From an archaeon (GTDB lineage: Archaea; SpSt-1190; DYHY01), in the NCBI GenBank assembly GCA_037442745.1, contig JBBIPP010000010.1, forward strand, positions 49 through 64,048: DNA of 64,000 nt, given 5' to 3'. This document shows, piece after piece, positions 31,213 through 41,520 of this stretch (positions within the stretch are counted from its first letter, which is position 1; every line of letters begins with the position of its first letter). Below the pieces are notes generated by a model, which saw only the letters and a list, made by a program, of their open reading frames with translations, ran no database searches and was not told the origin of the DNA. The position numbers and the translations under genes are program-made.

Positions 31213-32219
31213 TTGCTATCCCTTTCTCCCAAATACCCGAGGGCGGAGATTTCCGCCAAAAGGCCGTCCAATTGTATTTTCTCGTTCGCGCCGGAAAGGA
31301 GCCTAAATGAGTATTCGGAGAGTAGGGCGACAATTGCCATCTTCCTTTTTTCGGGTATTTTGAGGGAGAAGACTTCTCTGTGGAATGCCCGTATTATCTC
31401 CTCTCCCGAGAGTGCTTCCTCAATAACAGCCTCCCCTAGAAGGGCCCTGGCATCAGAGAACTTCCCCTCAACTGCCGAGAGTTCGAGGACTTTTGTCACT
31501 TTCTCCGGCATCAGCATTCTTGCGACAGAATAGACGTGCTTTTCAGTTATTTTTTTCTCCCCGACGCTCGCCCCTTGGAGAATGTTTGTCGCGAACCGGA
31601 GGTCCCCTTCGGAAATCCTTGCAATTGCGCCTACAGCCAATTCATCAATCTCAAGGCCCTCCCCTTCAGAGACCCGCTCGACATATTTCCTTACATCCTC
31701 CTCCTTCAAGGCCCTGAAGCGGAATGTCGCGCACCTTGATTGGATCGGATCAATAATCTTGTTGACATAGTTGCACGAGAGTATGAACCTGCAGGTTCCG
31801 GAGTATTTCTCCATAGTCCTCCTAAGCGCGTTCTGGGCATCCCTCGTGAGTGCGTCGCATTCGTCAAGGAAAATTATCCGATATGCCCCGCCTCCGACTG
31901 GGAGCGTTCTCGCGAAATTCTTTATCTTGACCCTGACAACATCAATTCCCCGCTCGTCTGAAGCGTTCGTTTCGAGGAAATTCTCCTTCCACCCGTCTTT
32001 TCCGAAAAGCTCCCGCGCAATTGCTACGGCAGCGGTAGTTTTCCCAACTCCCGGTGGCCCGGAAAAGAGCAGGTGGGGAATGCTTCCCGACCTTACAAGG
32101 GCTTCGAGGCGGGAGACAGTCTCCTTCTGCCCGATGAACTCCTTCAATGAGGATGGCCTGTATTTCTCAGTCCAGACAATATTATTCGAATTTTCCCTTT
32201 CAGCCACGCTTTTTACCAC
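31209..32219 (-). CDS. rfcS: Replication factor C small subunit
   Basis: WTEKYRP, GPPGVGKTT, NASDERGIDVVR, LDECD, AQNALRRTME, SRC. Confidence 0.97.
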   Translation of the reverse strand: MVKSVAERENSNNIVWTEKYRPSSLKEFIGQKETVSRLEALVRSGSIPHLLFSGPPGVGKTTAAVAIARELFGKDGWKENFLETNASDERGIDVVRVKIKNFARTLPVGGGAYRIIFLDECDALTRDAQNALRRTMEKYSGTCRFILSCNYVNKIIDPIQSRCATFRFRALKEEDVRKYVERVSEGEGLEIDELAVGAIARISEGDLRFATNILQGASVGEKKITEKHVYSVARMLMPEKVTKVLELSAVEGKFSDARALLGEAVIEEALSGEEIIRAFHREVFSLKIPEKRKMAIVALLSEYSFRLLSGANEKIQLDGLLAEISALGYLGERDSK

Positions 32220-32250
32220 CAGTCCCCAATGTTTTTAAAAACTAGCACGA

Positions 32251-32493
32251 ATGTTCCCAAAAATGGTTGACTTGAAAAGCGGAACTGGCCCCCTAGTGGC
32301 TTTCCTTATTGGCGCAATATCCCCCTTTCTCCCGAGCTTCGGCGGATTTCCCTTCATTGCAATGGGCGTCGCGACAATTTCGGCAATAGCAGTCCCGTCG
32401 AAATCCAAGGGGAACATAATCCTCGCAATGCTTGTATGGGTCCTCTCCTTCGCCCTTTTCTCATCAATTTTCTCGCAAATAGGTGTTGCCTGA
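32251..32493 (+). CDS. Small membrane protein
   Basis: 80 aa, three hydrophobic stretches, stop 2 nt before aspS start. Confidence 0.6.
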   Translation: MFPKMVDLKSGTGPLVAFLIGAISPFLPSFGGFPFIAMGVATISAIAVPSKSKGNIILAMLVWVLSFALFSSIFSQIGVA

Positions 32494-32495
32494 AA

Positions 32496-33767
32496 ATGTC
32501 ATACAGGACCCATTATTCTTCAGCCCTCTCGCCAGAAATGGACGGGGAGACAGTCTCCGTTGCCGGATGGGTCGCAAGCTTCCGCGACCTGAAAAAAGTC
32601 AGGTTCCTAGTCCTCCGGGACAGGACCGGGACAGTCCAGATTGTTGCCAATTCAGAGAACCCTGAATTCGAGAAATTCTCAGGAATTGGCAAGGAGGACG
32701 TTCTTTCAGTAACTGGAAGGATTGTCAAGAGCAAGGCGAACGCGGGGTTTGAGATTGTCCCTTCAGCAGTCGAGATTGTCTCGAAATCAGCCCAGCCTCT
32801 TCCATTGGACCCTTCAGAGAAGACTCCCGCCCTTCCGGACACCCGATTTGACAACAGGTTCCTCGATTGCCGGCGGAAGAAGATCTCAGATATTTTCCTC
32901 CTGAATTCGGAGCTCTTGGCCGAAGCCCGGAAATTCTTCAGGGAGAACGGGTTTGTCGAAATAAACACCCCAAAAATCGTTGTGGCAGGAGCGGAAGGTG
33001 GCGCGACGCTTTTCCCAGTAAAATATTATGACAGGGAAGCATACCTTGCCCAGTCCCCCCAGCTCTACAAGCAGATGATGATGGCTTCAGGAATTGACAG
33101 GGTCTTTGAGATTGCGCCTGCTTACCGCGCGGAGAAAAGCAACACAACAAGGCATCTCTCCGAATTCATTTCAGTTGACTGCGAGCTCTCGTTCATCAGG
33201 GACGAAAACGATGTTATGGACATTATGGAGGGGATTGTAAAAGCCCTTGTCAGGAGGACTGCGGAGATTTTCCCGGACAGGCCCCTCACAAAGACGGACT
33301 ATTCCTTCCCGAGAATTACCTGCGCCGAGGGGGCAAAGCTCCTCGACCGGGCGCCCGGAGGGGACTTTACAAGCGAGGAGGAGAAGGCTCTCGGAAAACT
33401 GATGGCCGAGAAGGGAATTGACTTTTTCTTCCTCACAAAATACGATTCGGACATAAAGCCCTTCTACATAATGGAGGATTCCGACAATCCGGTTGTCTGC
33501 AGGTCGTTCGACCTAGAGTTCCGGGGACTTGAAGTAACAAGCGGGGGGCAGAGGGAGCACAGGCCGGAGGAATTGAGGAAAAGGATTGAAAAGCTCGGGC
33601 TAAAGCCAGCGGATTTCGAGTTCTATATTGAGAACTTCCGGTACGGGATGCCCCCTCACGGGGGCTTTGGCTTTGGGATTGCCCGCTTCATCCAGATGAT
33701 GCTGGAACTCGATAACGTGAAGGAGGCTGTCCTCTTCCCACGCGACCTCTCAAGGCTCGTTCCCTAG
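32496..33767 (+). CDS. aspS: Aspartate--tRNA ligase (archaeal type)
   Basis: GWV..RD, AEGGATLF, LAQSPQLYKQ, RAEKS.T.RHL.EF, GMPPHGGFG.G. Confidence 0.96.
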   Translation: MSYRTHYSSALSPEMDGETVSVAGWVASFRDLKKVRFLVLRDRTGTVQIVANSENPEFEKFSGIGKEDVLSVTGRIVKSKANAGFEIVPSAVEIVSKSAQPLPLDPSEKTPALPDTRFDNRFLDCRRKKISDIFLLNSELLAEARKFFRENGFVEINTPKIVVAGAEGGATLFPVKYYDREAYLAQSPQLYKQMMMASGIDRVFEIAPAYRAEKSNTTRHLSEFISVDCELSFIRDENDVMDIMEGIVKALVRRTAEIFPDRPLTKTDYSFPRITCAEGAKLLDRAPGGDFTSEEEKALGKLMAEKGIDFFFLTKYDSDIKPFYIMEDSDNPVVCRSFDLEFRGLEVTSGGQREHRPEELRKRIEKLGLKPADFEFYIENFRYGMPPHGGFGFGIARFIQMMLELDNVKEAVLFPRDLSRLVP

Positions 33768-35095
33768 AACCTGTTAGGAAGAATCTCCTTCGCCTTTTCA
33801 AGGGCTGATTCCAAGGTTTCCCCGAGGAAAAGGAGCCCTCCAATGTGTCCGCCCATCCTTATTGCCCGCGCGCCTCCAGACGCTAGCTCTCCCGCAGACC
33901 TCGCGATTTCGGGCGTCCCGTATTCAGCGTTCTTCGGTGTTGACGGAATCTTTCCGGACAGCCGTCTCCAGTCTGAGTCCGAATGAACGTGGAGTATTGC
34001 TCCCACCCATTTCGCCCTCCTGTAGCATTCCGCATGCGTCAGGGATTCGGATGAGGCGTCCGATGAGCCTGTGCACGATAGGTGGTTCTTGCCAATGTCA
34101 AACGAGGTTACGATGGAATAATTCTTTCGGGAAAGCCTGACAAGTCCTCCTGTTCTTGATCCAGTTATTGCAAAGACGGGCTCTTTGGAGCCGCCTCTCC
34201 TTTTGCTAATGTTCCCGAACCCGACCCCGTCCGGATGAATTCCCAAAAGGCCGGCCCTGACAAGTTCGGAGCGAGCCCTTCCAATCTCCCGGGCTTCCTC
34301 AGGAGTTGCCCCCTCCCCCGGCGAGCGGGAGCAGGAGAATTTCGAATAGCCCTCGCCAGCTGATTCCGAGAGCCTCTCAAGCAGTTCTCCCGCCTCCCGG
34401 AGATTTCCGGCGAAAAAGTCAGGGATTGTGTTGTCGAACTTATTTCGCGCTCTCCGTCTTCTACGCTCTCCCAAAAGTATTGTCACCATTCCAACATACT
34501 TGGCGCCCTCGATGTCAGCTACAGGGTTGTCCCCGACAATCGCGACTTTCTCCGGGGGGAGCCCCATTTTCCGGAGGGCGAGGAAGAACATTACCGAATG
34601 GGGCTTGTCGTTGCCGGCCTCTTCAGATGTTACGACGAAATCGACATATTGCGATATTCCGAGCTTCTCAAGCTTCCTTAGCTGTATTTCCGTCGTGAGG
34701 TCGGTCAGTATCCCGATTTTCAGGCCCTTTGTCCGGAGCTTTGAGAGCAATTCCCTCGCCCCTCCCACAAGCCTCATTTTGGAGAGGAAGGCTCGCCAAT
34801 ATTCGGAATTGAGGGCGAGTATCTCCCGGGGGCTTGCCCTGCTCCCGAGCTTCTCAAGCAGCCTCTGGAAATAGAGTATCCTGTTGTGGGACGACGCGGT
34901 TCCAGAGAGCTCCTTATGTATTTCCGCCCTTGACGCCAAATATGCGTCCTCGAACACCTTCCTTGAGGCGCGCCCGGCCCCTTTCAGGTCGATGAACTTC
35001 CGGTATGCGCCGGAAATGCCGGCTTCACTCGGCTCCCTGTAGGAGTAAAGTGTGTTATCCAGGTCGAAGAGTACGCCACGTATCTGCTTATCCAT
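33764..35095 (-). CDS. HAD-family hydrolase fused to a class II aldolase/adducin-like domain
   Basis: FDLDNTL, KP, VGD...DI.GA in the N-half; GFGNIS, ITGS.TG, SSESLTH, ILHVH in the C-half. Confidence 0.85.
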   Translation of the reverse strand: MDKQIRGVLFDLDNTLYSYREPSEAGISGAYRKFIDLKGAGRASRKVFEDAYLASRAEIHKELSGTASSHNRILYFQRLLEKLGSRASPREILALNSEYWRAFLSKMRLVGGARELLSKLRTKGLKIGILTDLTTEIQLRKLEKLGISQYVDFVVTSEEAGNDKPHSVMFFLALRKMGLPPEKVAIVGDNPVADIEGAKYVGMVTILLGERRRRRARNKFDNTIPDFFAGNLREAGELLERLSESAGEGYSKFSCSRSPGEGATPEEAREIGRARSELVRAGLLGIHPDGVGFGNISKRRGGSKEPVFAITGSRTGGLVRLSRKNYSIVTSFDIGKNHLSCTGSSDASSESLTHAECYRRAKWVGAILHVHSDSDWRRLSGKIPSTPKNAEYGTPEIARSAGELASGGARAIRMGGHIGGLLFLGETLESALEKAKEILPNRF

Positions 35096-35185
35096 CCGAA
35101 AAATCCGAGCAAACACCTAAATATTGCTTTCTCCTGAGAAAGATAAATAAGGGGTTGGGCGTTTTCCGGCGAGGAATCATCCAGA

Positions 35186-35524
35186 ATGGAAAACAGATAC
35201 AATTTCAATGTTGCTATTCTCCCGATACTCGCGCTTATTGCACTAGGGACGTTTTTCCACAATTATGTCGAGGGACGGACTCTTCCTGATGGCGCATATT
35301 TTTCCGCAACAACGTTGACAACGGTCGTGTTCGGCGACCTACGCCCGACAACTCCCCTGTGGAATGTGTTTACAATAATATACGTCCTCTCAGGAGTTTC
35401 CCTCATTTTCTATGCAATTACCCGGTTCGCCCACCTGCAGATAGAGGCAACTGACGAGAAAATAATGAAGAGGTTCTTGAGTGCGAAGGACTTTTTTGCT
35501 GGCTCGACCGGCGCAGGATTCTAA
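35186..35524 (+). CDS. Two-TM potassium-channel-like protein with altered filter (TTVVFGD)
   Basis: TM1 - YFS..TLTTVVFGDL.P - TM2 KcsA-like layout. Confidence 0.8.
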   Translation: MENRYNFNVAILPILALIALGTFFHNYVEGRTLPDGAYFSATTLTTVVFGDLRPTTPLWNVFTIIYVLSGVSLIFYAITRFAHLQIEATDEKIMKRFLSAKDFFAGSTGAGF

Positions 35525-35542
35525 CAGGAGGCGCTAGGAAGA

Positions 35543-35908
35543 ATGGCTGAAAAGAAAAAGGCGAAACCGAGTTTCAAGCTTCACCCGATAAAGATTGCGA
35601 AGAAGGTGAAGCGGGTTGTCGCGGAGAAGGAGAACTTCCCATTGATTCTCGACAATAAGAGCTACTTCCTGATTAAGATAGATTTCAGGAAAAAAGAGCT
35701 CGCCGTCGGAAGGTGCACGACAGACCATTTCCTCACCCACGAGTTCCGGGGGAAAACGGCGAAACAGCTCTCAAAAGCTGTTGTTGCGTCTGGCCTGATA
35801 ACCAGGATGGACCACTGCGCATATCTCGGGCGGGAGCTTGCCCGGGCGGAAACCGCTCTCAGGAACCAGAAGAATCCGAAATTGAAATACATACAGGATG
35901 CTGCCTAG
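35543..35908 (+). CDS. DUF4346-like protein
   Basis: D...YFLI.ID, G.TA..L, DH.AYLGREL.RAE.AL....Y.QD. Confidence 0.8.
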   Translation: MAEKKKAKPSFKLHPIKIAKKVKRVVAEKENFPLILDNKSYFLIKIDFRKKELAVGRCTTDHFLTHEFRGKTAKQLSKAVVASGLITRMDHCAYLGRELARAETALRNQKNPKLKYIQDAA

Positions 35909-36596
35909 TTTTTTCCAAGTCCGCGGAAAAATTCGAATGTCTTTTTCATTGCCTATTTTTCGATTTCAGGGAGCTTCTCGCCAGTTAAGGGGTTCCTCCA
36001 GCCGTGCCCGGAGTCCAGAAAAACAATTTTCTTTCTCTCGGACGCAAGCTTTCCGAAAAAGCCCCTGACTGCAGGGATTGAGATTGCTCTGTCATCTTTT
36101 CCTTGAAGAATCAGAAAAGGGCACCTTATTTTTCCCGCAATAACTGATGAATCCCACAGGATAATCTCCCCGAGGAATTTTTCCGAAACAACCGCTTCCT
36201 CCCCTGTCTTGTGATGGATATTCAGAAAAAGCCCCCCGCTTTTCGGTTCTCTCCCATTCCTCTCTCGCTCCAAAACAGGCTCTCTTTCGGGGCAACTGAC
36301 TGGTTACAAAAGAAGGCGCCAATGCAGTATTTTCCCCTTTCCCTAGAGAGAACCCCTGCCACGATTATTGCCCAGAAGATTGATGCGAAAATGAGGAATT
36401 TCCTCCCCTTTGGAATTGCCCCTTCCGTCCTTCCGAGAAGCTCTCCGAGCCCTTACCTAATTACGACAGGCATTTTCCAATAGGAGAGTTACGGGAGAAT
36501 TGGTTCAAGCCCCAGTTTCTTGAAAATCTCTGATCTCTCCACATATCTTTTCCCTTTTGACAAAAAGCCCGGGAGAATCAGGAGATTGGTTTTCAT
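35905..36596 (-). pseudogene. Alpha/beta-hydrolase paralogue 3 (pseudogene)
   Basis: MKTNLLILPGF start overlapping the upstream stop; KIRCPFLILQGKDD and SGHGW motifs; frameshifts and in-frame TAG at 35953. Confidence 0.7.
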
Positions 36597-37372
36597 TCCT
36601 GGCCTGAAATCCACTCAGCAGTCATCTTTGTTGCCAGTTCCGCCGCATTCTTGTCCTGCCTCTCCGTTCTAGGAATCCACCATACGTGGCCAGCGCCCCC
36701 AAAGGTTACGAGAACTTTCCTTCCGAACGGGAGAAGGAAGAACAGCCTCTCGGATTGGTCAATTGGGACGTTTCCGTCCGCATTCCCGTGCAGTATGAGG
36801 ACAGGGCAGGAGATTTTTCCTGCGAATTTTTCGGCGCTGATGTCAATTACTTCATTCAGGAATTTCTCCGAGAGGGAATATTCCCTGACCTCTCCCCTGA
36901 AGGAGCGCCTGAATTTCGCAAATCCAGTCTTCTTGAGGGAAGCTCTCTGCTCAATTGACAGACAGTTCCTCTCCGAATTGCTCTCAGCGGGAAAACTCAG
37001 CGGGTACCAAAGCACAATTCCCGATATATTTTTCGAGAATGCGAGATTGGCAATGAGCCCTCCGAAGCTCGCCCCTACAAGGAATATTTTTTTATGGGTT
37101 TTAGAGAAGAAGGAAACTATTTTCCTGAGCTTTCTAGCTTCGCCCCTTATGGAGAGCCTCCCGAATTCGGAAAGCTTGTTCCTCGAGAACCCAAGCTCGT
37201 AGCCGAAGGATGAGACGCCTCTCCTTGCAAGCAGTTCTTTCAGGTGCAGGAATTCGGAAGGTAGCCCAGTGTATCCGTGGACGAGTATTGCGACGTAGCC
37301 ATTCGCCGCGCCCTCGGGAAATGCGAGAGTCCCTTCAACACCCTTTCCGATGGAGATTTTCTTTTCGATCAA
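36593..37372 (-). CDS. Alpha/beta-hydrolase (esterase/peptidase-like)
   Basis: VHGY, nucleophile GASFGG, PVLILHGNAD, GAGH. Confidence 0.9.
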   Translation of the reverse strand: MIEKKISIGKGVEGTLAFPEGAANGYVAILVHGYTGLPSEFLHLKELLARRGVSSFGYELGFSRNKLSEFGRLSIRGEARKLRKIVSFFSKTHKKIFLVGASFGGLIANLAFSKNISGIVLWYPLSFPAESNSERNCLSIEQRASLKKTGFAKFRRSFRGEVREYSLSEKFLNEVIDISAEKFAGKISCPVLILHGNADGNVPIDQSERLFFLLPFGRKVLVTFGGAGHVWWIPRTERQDKNAAELATKMTAEWISGQE

Positions 37373-38126
37373 TGTTCGGAAATCCAGCTAGAGGTCAGTT
37401 TTATTGCTTTTGCCCGGGCAAATCTGTCTGGCTCTGTCCTCCCTATTTTCCACCACCAATGGTCCCCTTCCATTTTGACAACGGTCCTGTCCGGGCAATT
37501 CAGGGAGGAAAAAAGCCGTTCCCCCTCTGAAAACGGGACAATCGAATCTTTCTCCGGATGGAGGATTAGGGCCGGAGCGGTTATTTTCTTGGCAAGCTTC
37601 TTGGAATCGAGCTTTCCTATCTCTCCCAGGTATTTCTCCCCAAGAAGGAAAGTCTCGCAGGTGTTCTTCTTCAGGAACCCGAGAAAGCCCCTGTCCGAGA
37701 GCTCCTGTTTTTCCTTCGCTCGGATTATTGGGTTCGGAAGGATTCCTTTGGGAACCCTGTCGGGGAATACCAAAAGACAGCTCCCGCATAGTTCCCCGGG
37801 TTTTCTGAGAGTTCGATTTGTGAGACAATCCCGCCAATGCTCACTCCGACCAGGAAGATTTTCTTGAACGATTCCGATAGCATCTTTCTCTTTTCGGAGA
37901 TTTTTTTCGCCTCATCCCAGAGGGAACCGCGCGGTTTCCTGTATATTTCCGGAGGGGAATATCCGAGGGAAATTCTAACGGAAGAAATCCCTGCCAGTTC
38001 CAGTTCTTCCGAGAGGAGCCGGAAGCTCCTGTGCCGTCCGTCCGCGTTCTCAATGAATCACGGGACAATTATTGCGAGCTTTTCTCCCCTTTTCTTCCCA
38101 GAGAATTCTTCCATAATTTTCACCAT
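37369..38126 (-). pseudogene. Alpha/beta-hydrolase paralogue 1 (pseudogene)
   Basis: MVKIMEEF...IIVP*FIE with TGA where Gly is expected, then GVSIGG, PALILHPEKD, GDH. Confidence 0.72.
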
Positions 38127-39406
38127 TAGGAAACGTAATCCGCCCTTATTAGGACCGGGGGCGCAATCATGTCGCCCGATCTTTCAATCCCGTCCTTTGC
38201 AACCCTTATTTCTTTCAGGATTTCGAAAATGTTCCCGGCAACAATGCCCGATTTCAGCGCACGTCCATTTCCGGAAAAGACGTTCTTTGCCTCAACTGAG
38301 AAATCCCCGGAAAACGGGTTTATTGTGTGCGTTCCCGAAAACCATAGTATTTTGACTTCAGCCTCCCTTTCCAATTCCTCCTTTCCAATCCTTCCGGGGG
38401 AGAGGGCGAGGTTTGTCGGGGAGATTTTGGGAAGGGAGGAGAACCCTCTCGAAGCGTTCCCGGTGCTCCCGGTTTTCATTTTCAGGCAAGTCTCCCAGTT
38501 TGTGAGGAACGCCTTCAAAACCCCCCTTTCAAAAACAACCGTTCTTTGGGAAGGCGCCCCTTCTGCGTCGAATGACGAGCTACCGAGCTCACCTTCAATA
38601 AGGCCGTTGTCCTCGAGAGTGAAATCGTCAGAAAACATTTTTTCCCCGAGCCTTCCGGAGAATGCCGAGTTCTTCCTGAAAACGTTCTCCCCGTCAATTG
38701 AGGGGATTAGCGCGCCAGAGAGGAGACCTTCCACGGCATACGGGTGGAGGAGCATCGGAATCCCTTTTCTTGTGCCGAAAGATTCCTGATTTTTTCCTAG
38801 TACCGCCCTTTCTCCGGACACCCTTCCTATTTCGGAATAGTTGATAGAGTCTTTCCTCAAAGCCTTGCTCTCAAAGCCAGTCGAGCTCCCCGAGGACGAA
38901 TAGCTCCCGGCGGAAACAGTTGCTCTCTCTTCTTCGAGGAAGACCCCGTTTGTGTTGGCAACAATTGTCCTCTCAGTACCAGCAGATACCCCCGCATATG
39001 TCGGTCTTGCCCCAGCTCTCCATGAAGCCGAAATTATTTCTTTCACCCTATCAATAATCTCTTTTCCGGAGAGTTCCCTGATTTTCCTGTCATATAGCCC
39101 CTTGACTGCGGGCGTTTTCCTTTTGGGCGGAAGGCTTGAGAGTTCCCCCCCAATTCTCGAATTTAGGACGGCTTTCCTTACGACAAGTGGCGCCTTTTCA
39201 GGGGAATTCCCAAAGGAAAATCCGACCTTTCCCTTCCTTATTACCCGTATCCCGAAACCGAACAATTCTCCTTCCCTAACTTCAGAGAGCTTTCCGGATT
39301 CCGAGGATATTGAAACATCCCTTCCAAAGGAAACGAAAACCTCTGCCGAGTCCGCTCCGAGCCTTCTCGATTCCCGCAGGATTTTCTCACAATCAATTTC
39401 CTCCAT
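38126..39406 (-). CDS. pmbA: TldE/PmbA family protein
   Basis: AEVF, GIRV, FD.EG.P, TGNA.R, GDFS; no HExxxH; follows tldD. Confidence 0.88.
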   Translation of the reverse strand: MEEIDCEKILRESRRLGADSAEVFVSFGRDVSISSESGKLSEVREGELFGFGIRVIRKGKVGFSFGNSPEKAPLVVRKAVLNSRIGGELSSLPPKRKTPAVKGLYDRKIRELSGKEIIDRVKEIISASWRAGARPTYAGVSAGTERTIVANTNGVFLEEERATVSAGSYSSSGSSTGFESKALRKDSINYSEIGRVSGERAVLGKNQESFGTRKGIPMLLHPYAVEGLLSGALIPSIDGENVFRKNSAFSGRLGEKMFSDDFTLEDNGLIEGELGSSSFDAEGAPSQRTVVFERGVLKAFLTNWETCLKMKTGSTGNASRGFSSLPKISPTNLALSPGRIGKEELEREAEVKILWFSGTHTINPFSGDFSVEAKNVFSGNGRALKSGIVAGNIFEILKEIRVAKDGIERSGDMIAPPVLIRADYVS

Positions 39407-40735
39407 TCAGCCAGTCCCTCCGACAACTGCCGTTGCCCTGAAATGTGGCCCTCCGCTTCCTACAGGAACCCATTCCCCGTTCTTCCCGCAATGGCCGGAC
39501 TCTATCGCAAGGCCGTCCGACACGTAGTCAATTGATTTCATTGTCTCTAGCGTCTTTCCTAGGAGGCTCACATCCCGTATTTTCTCCCCAAGCTCGCCCT
39601 TCTGTATCAGGAAACCTTCGGTTGCGGCGAAATTGAACGTCCCGTCCGATGTCTGGGCAGTCCCTCCAGATGAGCCAATCAGATAAACACCTTTCTTTGT
39701 TTCCTTCAGAATTTCCGAGAACTTGGTTTTCCCCGGAAGGGCATATGTGTTTGACATTCTTACGTTGTTGTATTCAGCCCAAGAGTTTCCTGTAGAACGC
39801 CCCCCAACCTTTCCGGCCGAGTTCCTCGACTGCATATACCTGACGAGGAAGCCTTTCTCGATTATTTTCGTCAATTCCGATTTCGCTCCGTCCCTGTCAA
39901 ACCCCCGCGTTCCATAGCCCCGCGGAAGGGTCTTGTCATCGACAATTGTCACAAGGGAAGAGCCTATCTTTCGCCCGAGTTTCCCCCTGAGAACGGAATC
40001 CCTGTTCGCAATATGGTCGGCTTCCGCCATGTGCCCGACTGCCTCGTGGACGAAGGTTCCGACCATTTTTGGATCAATTATTACCTGCATTTTTCCAGAC
40101 GGGGGGCTTTTTGCCGAAAGGAGAGAGAGAGCCCTTTTCGCGCACTCCTTTCCGAAATCCGCCCCAAGAGCTTCAACAGTCTCAAACCCCGCAGTCTCTC
40201 GCCTTGAATCAAAAGCCCGCTGGATAAGGGTCCCCTCCCTCGCAATGCACGAGAGGAAAAGCCCGCATATTGTTATTTCCTGCTCTAGGAACAGCCCTTC
40301 TGAAGTCTCAAGCGAAATCCTCGATTTCGAGTCGGAATATCCGAGGTCTGTGTTGACCCCTTTCGCTCCCCTGAGAATTTCCTTCATTTTGGCGAGCTTC
40401 TTTCCTATTTCGACAGCTTCTGGATCCTTTTTGACGGGAGTCCTGTATCCTGTCTTGCCTTCCGAGAAACTGCCGAGGGCGTATTTTTCCCCCGCCTTCA
40501 GGTTCCTCGAGAGCTTCTCAGCGCTCTCGCAGGTCTTCCTGAGGAGCTCGCGCTTCTTTTCTTCCTCAGTAGTCTCGGAATATGCCCATGCCCCTGAATG
40601 AAACGCCCGTATCCTGAATTTCCTCGAAAAGCCGTCCTTTGCCTCAATTACTTCCCCGTTCTTCAGGCGAAGGGCGGTAAGGCTCCCAGAAGCTTCTTCA
40701 ATATCCCAATAGTCGACGTTTTCCGGGGAATCCAT
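39407..40735 (-). CDS. tldD: TldD family metalloprotease
   Basis: HEAVGHMAEAD, RMSNT, G.CGK.G..VPVG.GGP. Confidence 0.92.
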   Translation of the reverse strand: MDSPENVDYWDIEEASGSLTALRLKNGEVIEAKDGFSRKFRIRAFHSGAWAYSETTEEEKKRELLRKTCESAEKLSRNLKAGEKYALGSFSEGKTGYRTPVKKDPEAVEIGKKLAKMKEILRGAKGVNTDLGYSDSKSRISLETSEGLFLEQEITICGLFLSCIAREGTLIQRAFDSRRETAGFETVEALGADFGKECAKRALSLLSAKSPPSGKMQVIIDPKMVGTFVHEAVGHMAEADHIANRDSVLRGKLGRKIGSSLVTIVDDKTLPRGYGTRGFDRDGAKSELTKIIEKGFLVRYMQSRNSAGKVGGRSTGNSWAEYNNVRMSNTYALPGKTKFSEILKETKKGVYLIGSSGGTAQTSDGTFNFAATEGFLIQKGELGEKIRDVSLLGKTLETMKSIDYVSDGLAIESGHCGKNGEWVPVGSGGPHFRATAVVGGTG

Positions 40736-40885
40736 TTAATTTCCGGAAATTTCCGGCATGAACAGCTATTATAAGAATACCATTTTTCCATTTTGCCCCC
40801 TCTAACCGAAGACCCTGTTATTTTGGCTCTTTTAGTTCAAAATAGATATATTTATAATTACTGAGTGATAGTATAAGTTTTCATT

Positions 40886-41506
40886 ATGGCAATCCCGACA
40901 ATTGAAAAATATGGAGAATGTCCGATAATCGCTCTGGCAGCCCTCGAACTTATCCGCAACCCGTCGAGGGGCGACCTTGATTCCAGCGGATTCGAAACAA
41001 TTGACCTTGCCATGAAATACGAGAATATGGCGCGCAAAATTGTGGAGAATCCTAGCATTGCCTGGGAATACGCTCTCATGATACTCGACATCCAAAAAAA
41101 GAAAGTTGGGCCGGATGGGGTCGAGTCTGCCGCAGGATATTACTGGGACCTCTCAAAATATGCAATGAGCCTTGCCGAAATCCACAAGCCAAGCTATCTT
41201 GCCTACAATAATGCTAAAGTTGCCCATTCAATACACTCTTCCCTTGGGCTGGAGTTTTACGGCGGTGACCATGCTCTCAAAGAAGAGGTTGTCTTTGATT
41301 CGGCAATTCCGCTAATTATGGGAACTGAAGTCGAAAAAGAGGCTTACCTATACATACGTTATCACACAATCTCCGAGGCATACAGGAATGTCGCAATTGC
41401 ATTGAACCAGCTCGACCGCCTTGACAGACTCGGGAAGCTTGAGGCGACAATACGCCCGCTTTCCCCTTCTTTCTGGAGGAACCAAAACCATTTTAACCGC
41501 ACTTGA
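40886..41506 (+). CDS. Hypothetical helical protein
   Basis: 206-aa ORF with AT-rich TATA-like upstream region, co-directional with lonB. Confidence 0.6.
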   Translation: MAIPTIEKYGECPIIALAALELIRNPSRGDLDSSGFETIDLAMKYENMARKIVENPSIAWEYALMILDIQKKKVGPDGVESAAGYYWDLSKYAMSLAEIHKPSYLAYNNAKVAHSIHSSLGLEFYGGDHALKEEVVFDSAIPLIMGTEVEKEAYLYIRYHTISEAYRNVAIALNQLDRLDRLGKLEATIRPLSPSFWRNQNHFNRT

Positions 41507-41520
41507 GAGCCTCTTCACAA

